From positions 1-34,144 of the forward strand of contig CAIRLQ010000266.1 of NCBI GenBank assembly GCA_903879465.1: DNA of 34,144 bases, given 5' to 3'. The number at the start of each line of letters is the position of its first letter. Position 1 is the stretch's first letter. Below are positions 1-9,091 of this stretch, one piece after another. A model generated the notes under the pieces. The model did no database searches and had not been told where the DNA came from. It was given only the letters and a program-made list of their open reading frames with translations. The position numbers and the translations under genes are program-made. Source of the DNA: an uncultured Opitutia bacterium. GTDB lineage: Bacteria > Verrucomicrobiota > Verrucomicrobiia > Opitutales > UBA953.

Positions 1-2
1 AG

Positions 3-1652
3 ACCTACGCCGACAAACTCCGCGAAGGCGTGGTCGTCCCGGAATTTCCGGAAACAGTTAAGCGTCATTTCGACTTCGGGGGCGAACTCCTGCTCGGTCA
101 CCTGCGCTACGGCACCTCGGGCACCTTTGATTCGGTCTCCTGCCATCCATACGCCCGCAAGTCCATCTGGCCCACGCGCAACCTGCTCGTCGCCGGTAAC
201 TTCAACCTAACGAACACCGGCGAACTCAACGCCTCGCTCACCGAGCGCGGCGCACACGTCATCTACTCAACCGACACGCAATCGATCCTCGAGGAGATCG
301 GCTTCTGGCTCGATGAAGAACACGACCGACTCTTCAAGGCCTTCAAGGACCAAGGGCTTGAAGGCGCCGCGGTGCAGTCTGAAATCTCGAAACACCTCGA
401 CGTCGGTAATGTCCTGCGCCGCGCCGCGAAGAACTGGGACGGTGGCTATGCCATCGCCGGCCTCATCGGGAATGGAGACAGTTTTGTCATCCGCGATCCG
501 AATGGCATTCGCCCCTGCTGGTACGTGCGCACCGAAGACCTCGTTGCCGTCGCCTCCGAACGCGTAGCGCTCATGACTATCGTTGGCGTTAACCAGGAGG
601 ATGTTCACGAGCTACCTCCGGGCTGCGCCTTGATCATCAAGGCCGACGGACGACATAACATCGAATCCGTGCACGCCCCGGCCGAACGTCGCCACTGCTC
701 CTTCGAACGCATCTACTTCTCCCGCGGTAACGACCCAGAGATCTATGCCGAACGCAAGGCCTTAGGCGCCGCTCTCGCCGACGACGTCATCGCGCAAATC
801 CGCGACGACCACGACAGCGCAGTCTTTTCTTACATCCCGAACACGGCCGAGATCGCGTGGTACGGACTCATGGAAGAACTCCGCAAACGCCGCCGCTCAC
901 AGGTCCGCGACCGACTCGTCGACGCCCAGCGTGCCGGCAAGCTGGATGAGGCGATGATCGATAAACTTGTGCTCGGTGGCTGGCCCCGCGGCGAAAAAGT
1001 TGCCCACAAAGACGTCAAGCTCCGCACGTTTATCTCGCAGGAGAAGAATCGCATGCAGATGGCTTCGCACGTCTACGACATCTCCTACGGTACCGTCCGC
1101 GACGGCGACACGCTCGTCTGCGTCGACGACTCGATTGTCCGCGGCACGACGCTCCGCCAGTCGATCCTCCGCATTCTCGCCCGCCCGAATCCCAAGCGCA
1201 TCGTGATCGCTTCGACGGCACCGCAGATCCGCTACCCAGATTGCTACGGCATCGACATGTCCGAGATGGGTAAGTTCCTCGCGTTCCAAGCGACCGTCGC
1301 CCTCTGCAAAGATCGCGGCATGGGCGAACTTCTCCGCGAAGTCTACGAAGACTGCGTGGCTCAGTCGAAGCGCCCGACACGCGATATGAAGAATCACGTG
1401 AAGCGTCTCTACGATGCTTTCACCGACGTGGAAATCGCCGCCAAGGCCGCCGAACTTGTCTACCCCACTAAGTGCGCCTGGAAAGGCGAGCTGGTGTTGG
1501 TCTTCCAGAAAATTGGTGCCCTGCACAAGGCTTGCCCCACGAGTCAGGGTGATTGGTATTTCACCGGGAACTACCCAACGCCGGGAGGACTCGGCGTGCT
1601 CAACCAGGCTTACATCAACTACTGGGAAAAGCGCGAAGGCCGCTCCTACTGA
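3..1652 (+). CDS. purF: Amidophosphoribosyltransferase (glutamine PRPP amidotransferase), 5'-truncated by the window edge
   Basis: Frame 3 is open from the window edge, so the track start at 30 is an internal GTG. Class II glutaminase-like N-region, then PRTase signature DTLVCVDDSIVRGTTLRQS. Long PurF type. Stop TGA 1650-1652. Confidence 0.9.
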   Translation, partial: TYADKLREGVVVPEFPETVKRHFDFGGELLLGHLRYGTSGTFDSVSCHPYARKSIWPTRNLLVAGNFNLTNTGELNASLTERGAHVIYSTDTQSILEEIGFWLDEEHDRLFKAFKDQGLEGAAVQSEISKHLDVGNVLRRAAKNWDGGYAIAGLIGNGDSFVIRDPNGIRPCWYVRTEDLVAVASERVALMTIVGVNQEDVHELPPGCALIIKADGRHNIESVHAPAERRHCSFERIYFSRGNDPEIYAERKALGAALADDVIAQIRDDHDSAVFSYIPNTAEIAWYGLMEELRKRRRSQVRDRLVDAQRAGKLDEAMIDKLVLGGWPRGEKVAHKDVKLRTFISQEKNRMQMASHVYDISYGTVRDGDTLVCVDDSIVRGTTLRQSILRILARPNPKRIVIASTAPQIRYPDCYGIDMSEMGKFLAFQATVALCKDRGMGELLREVYEDCVAQSKRPTRDMKNHVKRLYDAFTDVEIAAKAAELVYPTKCAWKGELVLVFQKIGALHKACPTSQGDWYFTGNYPTPGGLGVLNQAYINYWEKREGRSY

Positions 1653-2984
1653 TCAGGAGTAGAGTTTGAACGGGGCCGTGCGTGCGCGATAAGCGGCCGC
1701 ATCGGCATCCCATTGAGCGATCCAGCGGGCGATATCCACTTTGGCACCTTTGGCACGAATGTCTTCGAAGAAGGCTTCGCTGCCGACGTGTTTGATGAAC
1801 AGGTCGCGTTCGGTCTTGGTGACGCGCGTGAAAGGGTTGGAAGTGTCCCAGACACAGGCCTGACGCATCATGTGCAGCGAAATCGCCGTGGGGCGGAGCC
1901 GCGGCCAATCATTCACCGCAAGGTAAACGCCCTGGGTGCCGTCAGCCATGAGCTTGGGCTCCAGCGTTAGGCCCGGCACGGCGTTACCAAGTGCGGCGAC
2001 AATATCCGCCGCCTTGCGGCGTGAATATTTCACGAAACGGAAATGCATCGAATCGCCAAAGGAGTGGCTGAAGTCGCCGACGATGCAGCCGAGGCCGACC
2101 ATGGAGTAGCCGAGCGCCGCCTGCGCCGTCGGTATGCGGGGAGAGGTGGCCACCCAATTAAGGCCGGTCAGATTCCACGTCATCGACCGGCGCCAACCGC
2201 GCATCGGGACGACTTCTAAGACGCCGCGTCGGCGTTTAGCTTCATCGAGTTCCAACACACCCGGCGTGGCGACGGCCCAGCGCGCGATTTCACCGATGGT
2301 CAACCCGTGCATGTAGGGCGTCTCATAAGCGCCCACGTAGCTGCGCCATTTGCGGTCAAGGAACGGTCCTTCCGCCTTCTCTCCGCCCAGCGGATTCGGA
2401 CGGTCGAGCACAATGACGCGAATCGGACGGTCCAGGGAGAAGCACGCCTCGATGACGTAGCGCATGCAACTGATGTAAGTATAGGATCGTGCGCCGACAT
2501 CTTGGAAATCGATGACGATGGCATCGAGCCCGGCGAGCATCTCCGGCGTGGGGCGGCGGGTCGCACCGTAAAGTGAATACACCGGCAAGCCCGTGCGGAC
2601 ATCTTTGGCGTTCTTAATCACGACTTCGGCCGCGGCGTTGCCGTCGATCCCGTGCTCGGGCCCAAACAACTTCACGAGCTTCACGCCGGGTGCGCGGGCA
2701 AGCACATCGACCGTCCGCTGACCGTTACCATTGACCCCGGCGCGGTGCGTGACCAACCCGCAGCGCAGGCCGCGTAAAGAAGCGAAGCCGTCGGCCTCGA
2801 GCGTGTCGATACCCAGCATCACGCGCCCTCGCATGGGGGCGGGCGCCGGCATGGGGGAAGAAACATTGACGCCGGGCGATGGAGTGAATCCTCCACCGGA
2901 AGATCCGCTGCTGGAACAGCCGGAAAGATATGTGGCGCCGAGGGAGCCCGCGGCGGTGAGATAAAGAAACTCGCGGCGGTCCAT
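1653..2984 (-). CDS. DUF1343 family protein (NamZ/YbbC-like exo-beta-N-acetylmuramidase), probable lipoprotein
   Basis: Blocks typical of DUF1343/YbbC: GLVTHRAGVN, LFGPEHG, LPVYSLYG..RRPTPEML, DFQDVGARSYTYIS, VLDRPNPLGG. N-terminus MDRREFLYLTAAGSLGATYLSGCSS looks like a twin-arginine signal with a lipobox Cys. The ORF opens at TTG 3029; ATG 2984 is preferred, so the start is uncertain by 45 nt. Confidence 0.82.
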   Translation of the reverse strand: MDRREFLYLTAAGSLGATYLSGCSSSGSSGGGFTPSPGVNVSSPMPAPAPMRGRVMLGIDTLEADGFASLRGLRCGLVTHRAGVNGNGQRTVDVLARAPGVKLVKLFGPEHGIDGNAAAEVVIKNAKDVRTGLPVYSLYGATRRPTPEMLAGLDAIVIDFQDVGARSYTYISCMRYVIEACFSLDRPIRVIVLDRPNPLGGEKAEGPFLDRKWRSYVGAYETPYMHGLTIGEIARWAVATPGVLELDEAKRRRGVLEVVPMRGWRRSMTWNLTGLNWVATSPRIPTAQAALGYSMVGLGCIVGDFSHSFGDSMHFRFVKYSRRKAADIVAALGNAVPGLTLEPKLMADGTQGVYLAVNDWPRLRPTAISLHMMRQACVWDTSNPFTRVTKTERDLFIKHVGSEAFFEDIRAKGAKVDIARWIAQWDADAAAYRARTAPFKLYS

Positions 2985-3112
2985 GGGAAGCAGGTTCCGC
3001 CATCCTCGCTTATTCGCGGAAGGGTTCAAAGTACGAAATTAAGTTTCGCCCACGCGCGCTGACGTTCGAAATTCCGTTTGCAGAACAGGTCTGGCCCGAC
3101 ACGGTCAGTCTC

Positions 3113-3694
3113 ATGCGCATCGCCCTCCTCGGCTCCGGTCGCGGCTCCAATGCCGATGCCGTCCTCCGCGCCCAAGCCGAAGGTCGCCTCGGCCAGGCCA
3201 AAGTGGTGGGCCTGTGGTGCGACGTCCCGACCTGCAAGATGCTGGAGTTGGGGCCCAAGTATGGCGTCCCGGCGCGGTTTCTGGATTCCGGTCCTTTTAA
3301 GACGAAGTTTTCTCCCGAGCGGGAACAAGTATGGGCTGACGACCTCAAGGCCGCTCAGGTCGACCTCGTCGTCCTCGCGGGCTTCATGCGCGTGATCAAG
3401 GCCCCGTTGCTCGACGCTTTCGCTGGCCGGATCATCAACCTGCACCCAAGCCTCCTTCCGGCCTTTCCGGGATTGGATGGCATCGGCCAAGCTTGGAATG
3501 CAGGCGTCCCCGAGGCCGGCTGCACCGTCCACTGGGTCAATGCTGAGATCGATGGTGGTGCCCATCTCGGCCAAACCCGCGTCCACCGCGAGGTGACCGA
3601 TACCCTCGAATCCTTTGCGAATAAAATCCACGCCGCCGAACATGCACTACTTCCCGCCGTCATCGCCCGCCTAAGCGAAACTCTGTCCCGATGA
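3113..3694 (+). CDS. purN: Phosphoribosylglycinamide formyltransferase
   Basis: MRIALLGSGRGSN N-terminus. LVVLAGFMRV...IINLHPSLLPAFPG formyltransferase core. ~193 aa, typical PurN length. Confidence 0.9.
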   Translation: MRIALLGSGRGSNADAVLRAQAEGRLGQAKVVGLWCDVPTCKMLELGPKYGVPARFLDSGPFKTKFSPEREQVWADDLKAAQVDLVVLAGFMRVIKAPLLDAFAGRIINLHPSLLPAFPGLDGIGQAWNAGVPEAGCTVHWVNAEIDGGAHLGQTRVHREVTDTLESFANKIHAAEHALLPAVIARLSETLSR

Positions 3695-4578
3695 TCGAAC
3701 TGAAAAGCCCTATTCACGAGGATATGGTCCAGCCGCTGGAAGACCATTTCTGCGAACTCACCCGCTCTAGTTGGATGCTTTTCCACGAAGGCCCCGGCAA
3801 GCCCCACTTCGTCATGGGTTATTTCGAAACCAAGGCCGAGTCCGATGAAGCCTGGGCCGACCTTCGCAAGGCCTTCAAGAAACTGCCCGAGAAATATGAA
3901 GAGACGGTCTTGGCCGACAAGGACTGGAAAGAGGCTTATAAAGAACACCTCAAACCTTGGGATTACGGCCGACTCCACTGGGTTCCGGCCTGGATGCGCG
4001 GCAAACATGTCGTCCCCGCCGCTGCGGCGGTGATCTGGTTCGATGCCGGGCTAGCCTTCGGGACTGGCGACCATCCCACGACCCGCCTCTGCGCGATCCG
4101 TATGATGGACTTTCTCGAGACGCACCCGGCTTCGCAAGTCTCCGTCACCGACGCCGGTTGCGGCTCAGGTATCCTCGCTCTCTCCGCCGCCAAGCTCGGC
4201 TGCGGGCGCATCGCCGGATTCGACCGCGATCCAGAATCTGTCCGCGTCAGTATCGCAAACCGGGCCGATAACGGTCTCGCCGACGAAACTGTCGCGTTCC
4301 ATCACGCCGGTCTGGAGGAAGGCTTTCGCCTCACTGGGCGGGCCGACGTCGTGCTGGCCAACATCATCAGCGACGTGCTCTGTATCTACGCCGACAACCT
4401 CGTGGACTCCGTAAGCCCTGGCGGCGTCCTCGCCTTGAGCGGCATCCTCGCCAAGGAGCAGGATTCGGTGCGCGCCCACTTCGAAGAAAAATGCCGGGTG
4501 GCGTGGGGTGATGGCATGAAATCCGACGGACGTATCATGGGCGAGTGGAGCGACGTCGCTCTTTTCCGACCCCTTTGA
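3691..4578 (+). CDS. prmA: Ribosomal protein L11 methyltransferase
   Basis: FGTGDHPTTRLC motif and SAM-binding VTDAGCGSGILALSAAKLG. ATGA overlap with the purN stop. Confidence 0.85.
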   Translation: MIELKSPIHEDMVQPLEDHFCELTRSSWMLFHEGPGKPHFVMGYFETKAESDEAWADLRKAFKKLPEKYEETVLADKDWKEAYKEHLKPWDYGRLHWVPAWMRGKHVVPAAAAVIWFDAGLAFGTGDHPTTRLCAIRMMDFLETHPASQVSVTDAGCGSGILALSAAKLGCGRIAGFDRDPESVRVSIANRADNGLADETVAFHHAGLEEGFRLTGRADVVLANIISDVLCIYADNLVDSVSPGGVLALSGILAKEQDSVRAHFEEKCRVAWGDGMKSDGRIMGEWSDVALFRPL

Positions 4579-4618
4579 GCCGCTTGCCTCCCCGCTTATT
4601 TCTTCTTCTCTTCAGCTC

Positions 4619-5071
4619 ATGCCCTCCACCGCTGCCCTAAGTATCCGTTACGCCCGCTGGATCACCCTGCTCTTCGGGGTTCTTTGCCTAGGGTTGGGCG
4701 TCAACGAACTCGTCGGCGGGATCTCCCTTGGCGCGATTCATCTTCCTCCGCGGTGGAATCCCGCCGTGGTCACCTTCCCCATCGCCCTCCGGGTCGAGTC
4801 ATGGTTCCTCATCGGTTACGCCATCTTACTATTTCTTCCGTGGCGCTCACTGCGCAACCGTAAGCTCTGGAATCTATTGTTCTCCGTTCTTTGCGTGGCA
4901 TCGGTGATCTACGCATTCGCGATGATTTCCGAAGTCATGGCCAAGAATTATATCGCCCAGAATGCGCACATGAAGGCCAAGATTCCGGTATTCCAGGCAG
5001 TCCTGCTATTCCTGAGTTTGGGCCAGATCCCGCTCGAGCTCTTCAGCCGGAAACCCGAGCTGCTCGACTGA
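4619..5071 (+). CDS. Hypothetical integral membrane protein (about 4 TM segments)
   Basis: Only long ORF here. Hydrophobic helices (ITLLFGVLCLGLGV, WFLIGYAILLFLPW, LLFSVLCVASVIYAFAMI, VFQAVLLFLSLG). No family recognised. Confidence 0.5.
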   Translation: MPSTAALSIRYARWITLLFGVLCLGLGVNELVGGISLGAIHLPPRWNPAVVTFPIALRVESWFLIGYAILLFLPWRSLRNRKLWNLLFSVLCVASVIYAFAMISEVMAKNYIAQNAHMKAKIPVFQAVLLFLSLGQIPLELFSRKPELLD

Positions 5072-5446
5072 TCAGAGCGCCGACATTATCTGGCGCCAGG
5101 GGATAAACCAGGGCCAGACGAGAACGATAACTAAGAAAGAGAGGGCGATGCCCGCAGGAATCTCGGTGCGACGAGAGACTCCAAGCCGCGGCACAGCATA
5201 AGTGAGCAGCCATATCGATTTGTAGATTACCTGGAAGACAAGCAACCACAGGAAGCTGCTCGGCCGATAGGCGCCGAGGATGGAGCAGGCGAGAATGGCG
5301 AGCCAAAGGGAGCCAACCAAGGTGCGCCACCCCGCGCTTTCAATGAACGCTCCCTGATCCGTAACCGAAGCCTTGAGGAGTGTCCCGAATCCAATCGGCA
5401 CTAAAATCAAAATGTTCGCCCAGAATAGAAACTGAACATCCATCAT
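5072..5446 (-). CDS. Hypothetical small integral membrane protein, last gene of the purE-purK transcription unit
   Basis: ATG 3 nt after the purK stop. Four hydrophobic segments. No family recognised. Confidence 0.5.
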   Translation of the reverse strand: MMDVQFLFWANILILVPIGFGTLLKASVTDQGAFIESAGWRTLVGSLWLAILACSILGAYRPSSFLWLLVFQVIYKSIWLLTYAVPRLGVSRRTEIPAGIALSFLVIVLVWPWFIPWRQIMSAL

Positions 5447-5449
5447 CGG

Positions 5450-6583
5450 TCAAAGCGCGGCGTGCAGCGCTTCGGCGCGACTAATCGCTTCTTCAACCGT
5501 CGGCGCCGTGACGGTGATATGGCCCATCTTCCGGCCGGGTGCTGACTTGCCCTTATCATAGAGGTGAAGTTTGGCGGCCGGATCTTTGAGGACTTTCGTC
5601 CAGTCGGGCTCCTGGCCACCGCGCCAGACATCGCCAAGCAGATTAACCATGGCGGATGGGGCGAGTGGCTTCGTGCCGCCGAGTGGCAATCCGCACACGG
5701 CACGGATATGCTGCTCGAACTGGCTGGTCTCGTTCGCGTCAAAAGTCTGGTGGCCACTGTTATGCGGACGCGGGGCAAGCTCGTTGACGACGATACGGCC
5801 GTCCTTCACGAACATTTCGACCGCGAGTAGCCCGACAAGTTGGATTTTTTCCGCGATGCTCAGCGCCAAGGCACGTGCCTCGACGGCGGTAGCCTCGGAG
5901 ATACGGGCCGGTGAAATGGAAAGGTGGAGGATATGGTTCCGGTGAATATTCTCCGCAGGGTCGTAGACGGCGGTTCGTCCGTCGATCGTGCGGGCCACGA
6001 GCACGGAGATCTCCATCTGGAATGGCACCCAGGCTTCCAGCACGCCGACGGCGCCTCCGATCTTAGTCCAGGCCGCGCTGAGGTCCTCCGCGGCGGTCGG
6101 CAGCTTGACCTGCCCTTTACCGTCATAGCCAAAGTCGGCGGTTTTCAAGACGCACGGTAAACCGACACTCTGCACGGCGGCTTGTAGCTCGGCAAAAGAA
6201 GATACCACCGCGAAATTGGCGCAGGGGATGCCGGAAGCCCTTAGGAACTCTTTTTCTCGGCGGCGATTCTGACAGATTGCCAACACCTTGGCGGAAGGAT
6301 GACAGGGAACGGACTGCGCGACGAACTCGACCGTGGCGGGCGGGATGTTCTCGAATTCGAGGGTGATGCGACCGCAACCTTGGGCGAAACGCGTCAGGGC
6401 GGCGGTATCGCTCCACTCCGCCGTGATATGCTCGTCGGCAATCCCGGCCGCGCAGGCACCAGGCGAAGGATCGAATGTGCGCACCTTATAACCCATACGG
6501 CGAGCGGCGATGGCCGACATGCGGCCAAGCTGACCTCCGCCCAGAATTCCAATGGTGCCTCCAGGCAACAGCGGCGACTCCAT
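5450..6583 (-). CDS. purK: N5-carboxyaminoimidazole ribonucleotide synthase (ATP-grasp)
   Basis: GILGGGQLGRM N-terminal motif, ATP-grasp core (VLKT..GYDGKGQ), C-terminal KMGHITV. Immediately follows purE. Confidence 0.9.
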   Translation of the reverse strand: MESPLLPGGTIGILGGGQLGRMSAIAARRMGYKVRTFDPSPGACAAGIADEHITAEWSDTAALTRFAQGCGRITLEFENIPPATVEFVAQSVPCHPSAKVLAICQNRRREKEFLRASGIPCANFAVVSSFAELQAAVQSVGLPCVLKTADFGYDGKGQVKLPTAAEDLSAAWTKIGGAVGVLEAWVPFQMEISVLVARTIDGRTAVYDPAENIHRNHILHLSISPARISEATAVEARALALSIAEKIQLVGLLAVEMFVKDGRIVVNELAPRPHNSGHQTFDANETSQFEQHIRAVCGLPLGGTKPLAPSAMVNLLGDVWRGGQEPDWTKVLKDPAAKLHLYDKGKSAPGRKMGHITVTAPTVEEAISRAEALHAAL

Positions 6584-6586
6584 GGC

Positions 6587-7108
6587 TTAGCGCTTCTTGC
6601 CTTGGCGGCCGGGAATTGGGTTATCCAGCACGGCCTTAGTCTGTGCGGCTCGATAGGCATCCAGCTTCTTGGCTAGCGGCGCGTCAGCTAGTGCGAGCAC
6701 CGCGGCGGCGCCGAGGGCCGCGTTGATAGCTCCTGCGCGACCAATCGCAAAAGTATGCACCGGGATCCCTGCGGGCATCTGCACAATAGAGAGAAGTGAG
6801 TCGATGCCGTCGAGCGACTTGGATTGGACCGGCACGCCCATGACCGGCAGCGAGGTCATCGCGGCTACCATCCCGGGCAAATGCGCGGCACCGCCGGCAC
6901 CAGCGATAATCACCTGCAGGCCACGCCCGCGGGCGGCCAGGGCGTAGTCCTTGAGCTTAAGCGGCGTGCGGTGCGCACTAACGACCTCGGCTTCGAAGAC
7001 GATGCCGAGCAGCTTGAGCGTGTCCGCGGCGTTGACCATCGTCTCCCAGTCCGACTGGGATCCCATGATGATGCCGACCTTCGGGGCGGATGAAAGCGCG
7101 CGTGCCAT
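6587..7108 (-). CDS. purE: N5-carboxyaminoimidazole ribonucleotide mutase
   Basis: [36 protein letters not shown] signature blocks. ORF opens at 7126, but Met at 7108 ([17 protein letters not shown]) matches the usual N-terminus. Confidence 0.92.
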   Translation of the reverse strand: MARALSSAPKVGIIMGSQSDWETMVNAADTLKLLGIVFEAEVVSAHRTPLKLKDYALAARGRGLQVIIAGAGGAAHLPGMVAAMTSLPVMGVPVQSKSLDGIDSLLSIVQMPAGIPVHTFAIGRAGAINAALGAAAVLALADAPLAKKLDAYRAAQTKAVLDNPIPGRQGKKR

Positions 7109-7159
7109 CCCCGAAGCGTGCCTCACGGCGGCCCGCCTGTGAAGCCCGAAGCGAAAAAA

Positions 7160-9058
7160 CTAGTCTATATAAGGGGTGTATTCCGGCACGAGTTCACGGA
7201 TACCGAGTTTGCAGGCCTGTCGCTCTAGGGTAATCAAACCTTGGACGCGTTCCAGTAAGCCGTTCAGTGGCTCCGGATGGGGACACTTTACAATGAAGCG
7301 GAAGACCCGCGGATGTTCGGTCGGGTGATATTCCTCACCCTGTTGCTGTAACTCTTCGACCAATTTTTCCCCGGGGCGCAGGCCGATAATGCGAATCTCA
7401 ATATCAATATCCGGCCGTAGACCGCTAAGCTCAATCAGCTGACGGGCGACATCGGCGATCTTGAGCGGGTGCCCCATCTCGAGCACCAGAATATCTCCAC
7501 CTGTGCCGAGCGTGGCGCTCTGGAGCACGAGCCCAACCGCCTCCGGGATGGTCATGAAATAGCGCTTCACGTCCGGATGCGTGACTGTGACCGGTCCGCC
7601 GGCCGCGATTTGTTTACGGAAAATGGGAATCACGGAGCCGGACGAACCCAGTACATTGCCGAAGCGGACCGCCAGGAAGCTCGTCTTGTTGCTAGGGGCG
7701 GACTGCAAGGCGGCGATGGTCAGCTCGGCCAGGCGCTTCGTCGCACCCATCACATTCGTGGGATTGACCGCTTTGTCGGAAGAAATCAGCACGAATTTTT
7801 CCACGCCATATTCCGCGGCAAGGCGGGCCACCACGGCGGTGCCGAGCACGTTGTTCTGCAGTGCTTCGGCCGGCTGCGATTCCATCATTGGCACGTGCTT
7901 GTGCGCCGCAGCATGTAAGACGAGGCTGGGCTTATAAGTCGCAAAGAGCTGCCGCAGGCGGACTTCATCGCGGACATCTGCCACGATAGGCGTGATGAGT
8001 GCCCCGGCGCCAGCCGCAACCAGCTCCTGCTCGGCCTGGTAAAGAAGTACCTCGCACTGATCTAAAATAATTAAACGCGCGGGGGAGCGAGCGGCGATCT
8101 GACGGCAAAGTTCCGACCCGATGCTACCGCCGGCACCCGTGACCAGGACAGATCGACCGGCGATCATGGCATCAATCGCATCATCATCTAACTTGGCAGG
8201 CTCGCGGCCCAGCAAGTCTTCGACGGAGATCGGACGGAGATCGGTGGCGCGCACGCGGCCGCCAGCGAGCTCGGCGAGCGAAGGTACCACCAGTACGCGT
8301 AGCCCGCTGGCCGTGGCGAGCGTGCTGACTTCACGGATGCGCCGCGCACTGGTGACCGGCAGGGCAAGAATCACTTCCGTCACCCCATATTTCTCACTGA
8401 GTTGTCCCATGTGCGCAGGGGAGCCAATCACCGGCACGCCGTGAATATTAAGTCGGTGCTTGCTCACGTCGTCGTCTAAAAAGCAAATCAGTTCGAGTCC
8501 ATGGCCGCGGCGCGACATCAAGTCAGCGGCGAGCTGCGCCCCTACCTGGCCGGCGCCCACGATGGCGATGCGTTCGACAACCCCAGCACGGCCAACGGCC
8601 TTGGACCAAAATCGTTCGCGGAGCGCACGAATGGAAACGCGAAAGCCGACGAAGAGAATCAGCGATAGGTTGAAGTCCACCAATGTCACGCCCCGGGGAA
8701 TACCGACGGCATAACCTGCGGTGCCTCCAATGATCCCGGGCAGGATTAGGGCTAGCGCCGTGGCGACACCCAAGGCCAGGGCCATCCTCAGGGCATCCGG
8801 AAGCCGGAAATAATAGAACACTCCGCGGAACTGCCCAAAGGCTCCGAGGAGCAGGACTTTTAGTGGCACCAACCAAATCAGAGCCAAAAACCTCTGCTGA
8901 TGGAGATAATCCTCGACCATCGGCCGGTTGAGTTCACGCATCTCCGCGGCCCCGCTGAAGCGAAGTTCATAGGCAAACCAAAGCGACAAGGCAGCCAGCG
9001 CGCCATATACCGTGAAGAAGAATCCGGTGCGCTGGAAACGATTGACGGAGGTCTGCAT
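7160..9058 (-). CDS. Membrane-bound polysaccharide biosynthesis protein, CapD/PglF/WbpM-like NDP-sugar 4,6-dehydratase
   Basis: Four N-terminal TM helices, a first Rossmann region (IAIVGAGQVGAQL), then an SDR-type domain VLVTGAGGSIGSEL ... HAAAHKHVP ... NPTNVMGATKR. Confidence 0.85.
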   Translation of the reverse strand: MQTSVNRFQRTGFFFTVYGALAALSLWFAYELRFSGAAEMRELNRPMVEDYLHQQRFLALIWLVPLKVLLLGAFGQFRGVFYYFRLPDALRMALALGVATALALILPGIIGGTAGYAVGIPRGVTLVDFNLSLILFVGFRVSIRALRERFWSKAVGRAGVVERIAIVGAGQVGAQLAADLMSRRGHGLELICFLDDDVSKHRLNIHGVPVIGSPAHMGQLSEKYGVTEVILALPVTSARRIREVSTLATASGLRVLVVPSLAELAGGRVRATDLRPISVEDLLGREPAKLDDDAIDAMIAGRSVLVTGAGGSIGSELCRQIAARSPARLIILDQCEVLLYQAEQELVAAGAGALITPIVADVRDEVRLRQLFATYKPSLVLHAAAHKHVPMMESQPAEALQNNVLGTAVVARLAAEYGVEKFVLISSDKAVNPTNVMGATKRLAELTIAALQSAPSNKTSFLAVRFGNVLGSSGSVIPIFRKQIAAGGPVTVTHPDVKRYFMTIPEAVGLVLQSATLGTGGDILVLEMGHPLKIADVARQLIELSGLRPDIDIEIRIIGLRPGEKLVEELQQQGEEYHPTEHPRVFRFIVKCPHPEPLNGLLERVQGLITLERQACKLGIRELVPEYTPYID

Positions 9059-9091
9059 GGGGGTCCCCTCTTAATGAAGGAGTTCGCCGGG

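Noticed and set aside
3034-3073. Two CGAAATT copies (3034-3040, 3067-3073) and a small dyad CGAAA-ttaag-TTTCG in the divergent promoter region upstream of purN, reminiscent of a Bacillus-type PurBox
   Set aside because: The match to AWWWCCGAACWWT is poor (several mismatches), the arms are only 5 bp, and no PurR homologue is visible. This is too weak to call.
3026-4008. 205-aa and 217-aa minus-strand ORFs opposite purN and prmA. Similar long antisense ORFs lie at 897-1526, 10944-11540, 11819-12418 and 28446-28967.
   Set aside because: All lie antisense to genes with strong family signatures and have shadow-ORF composition.
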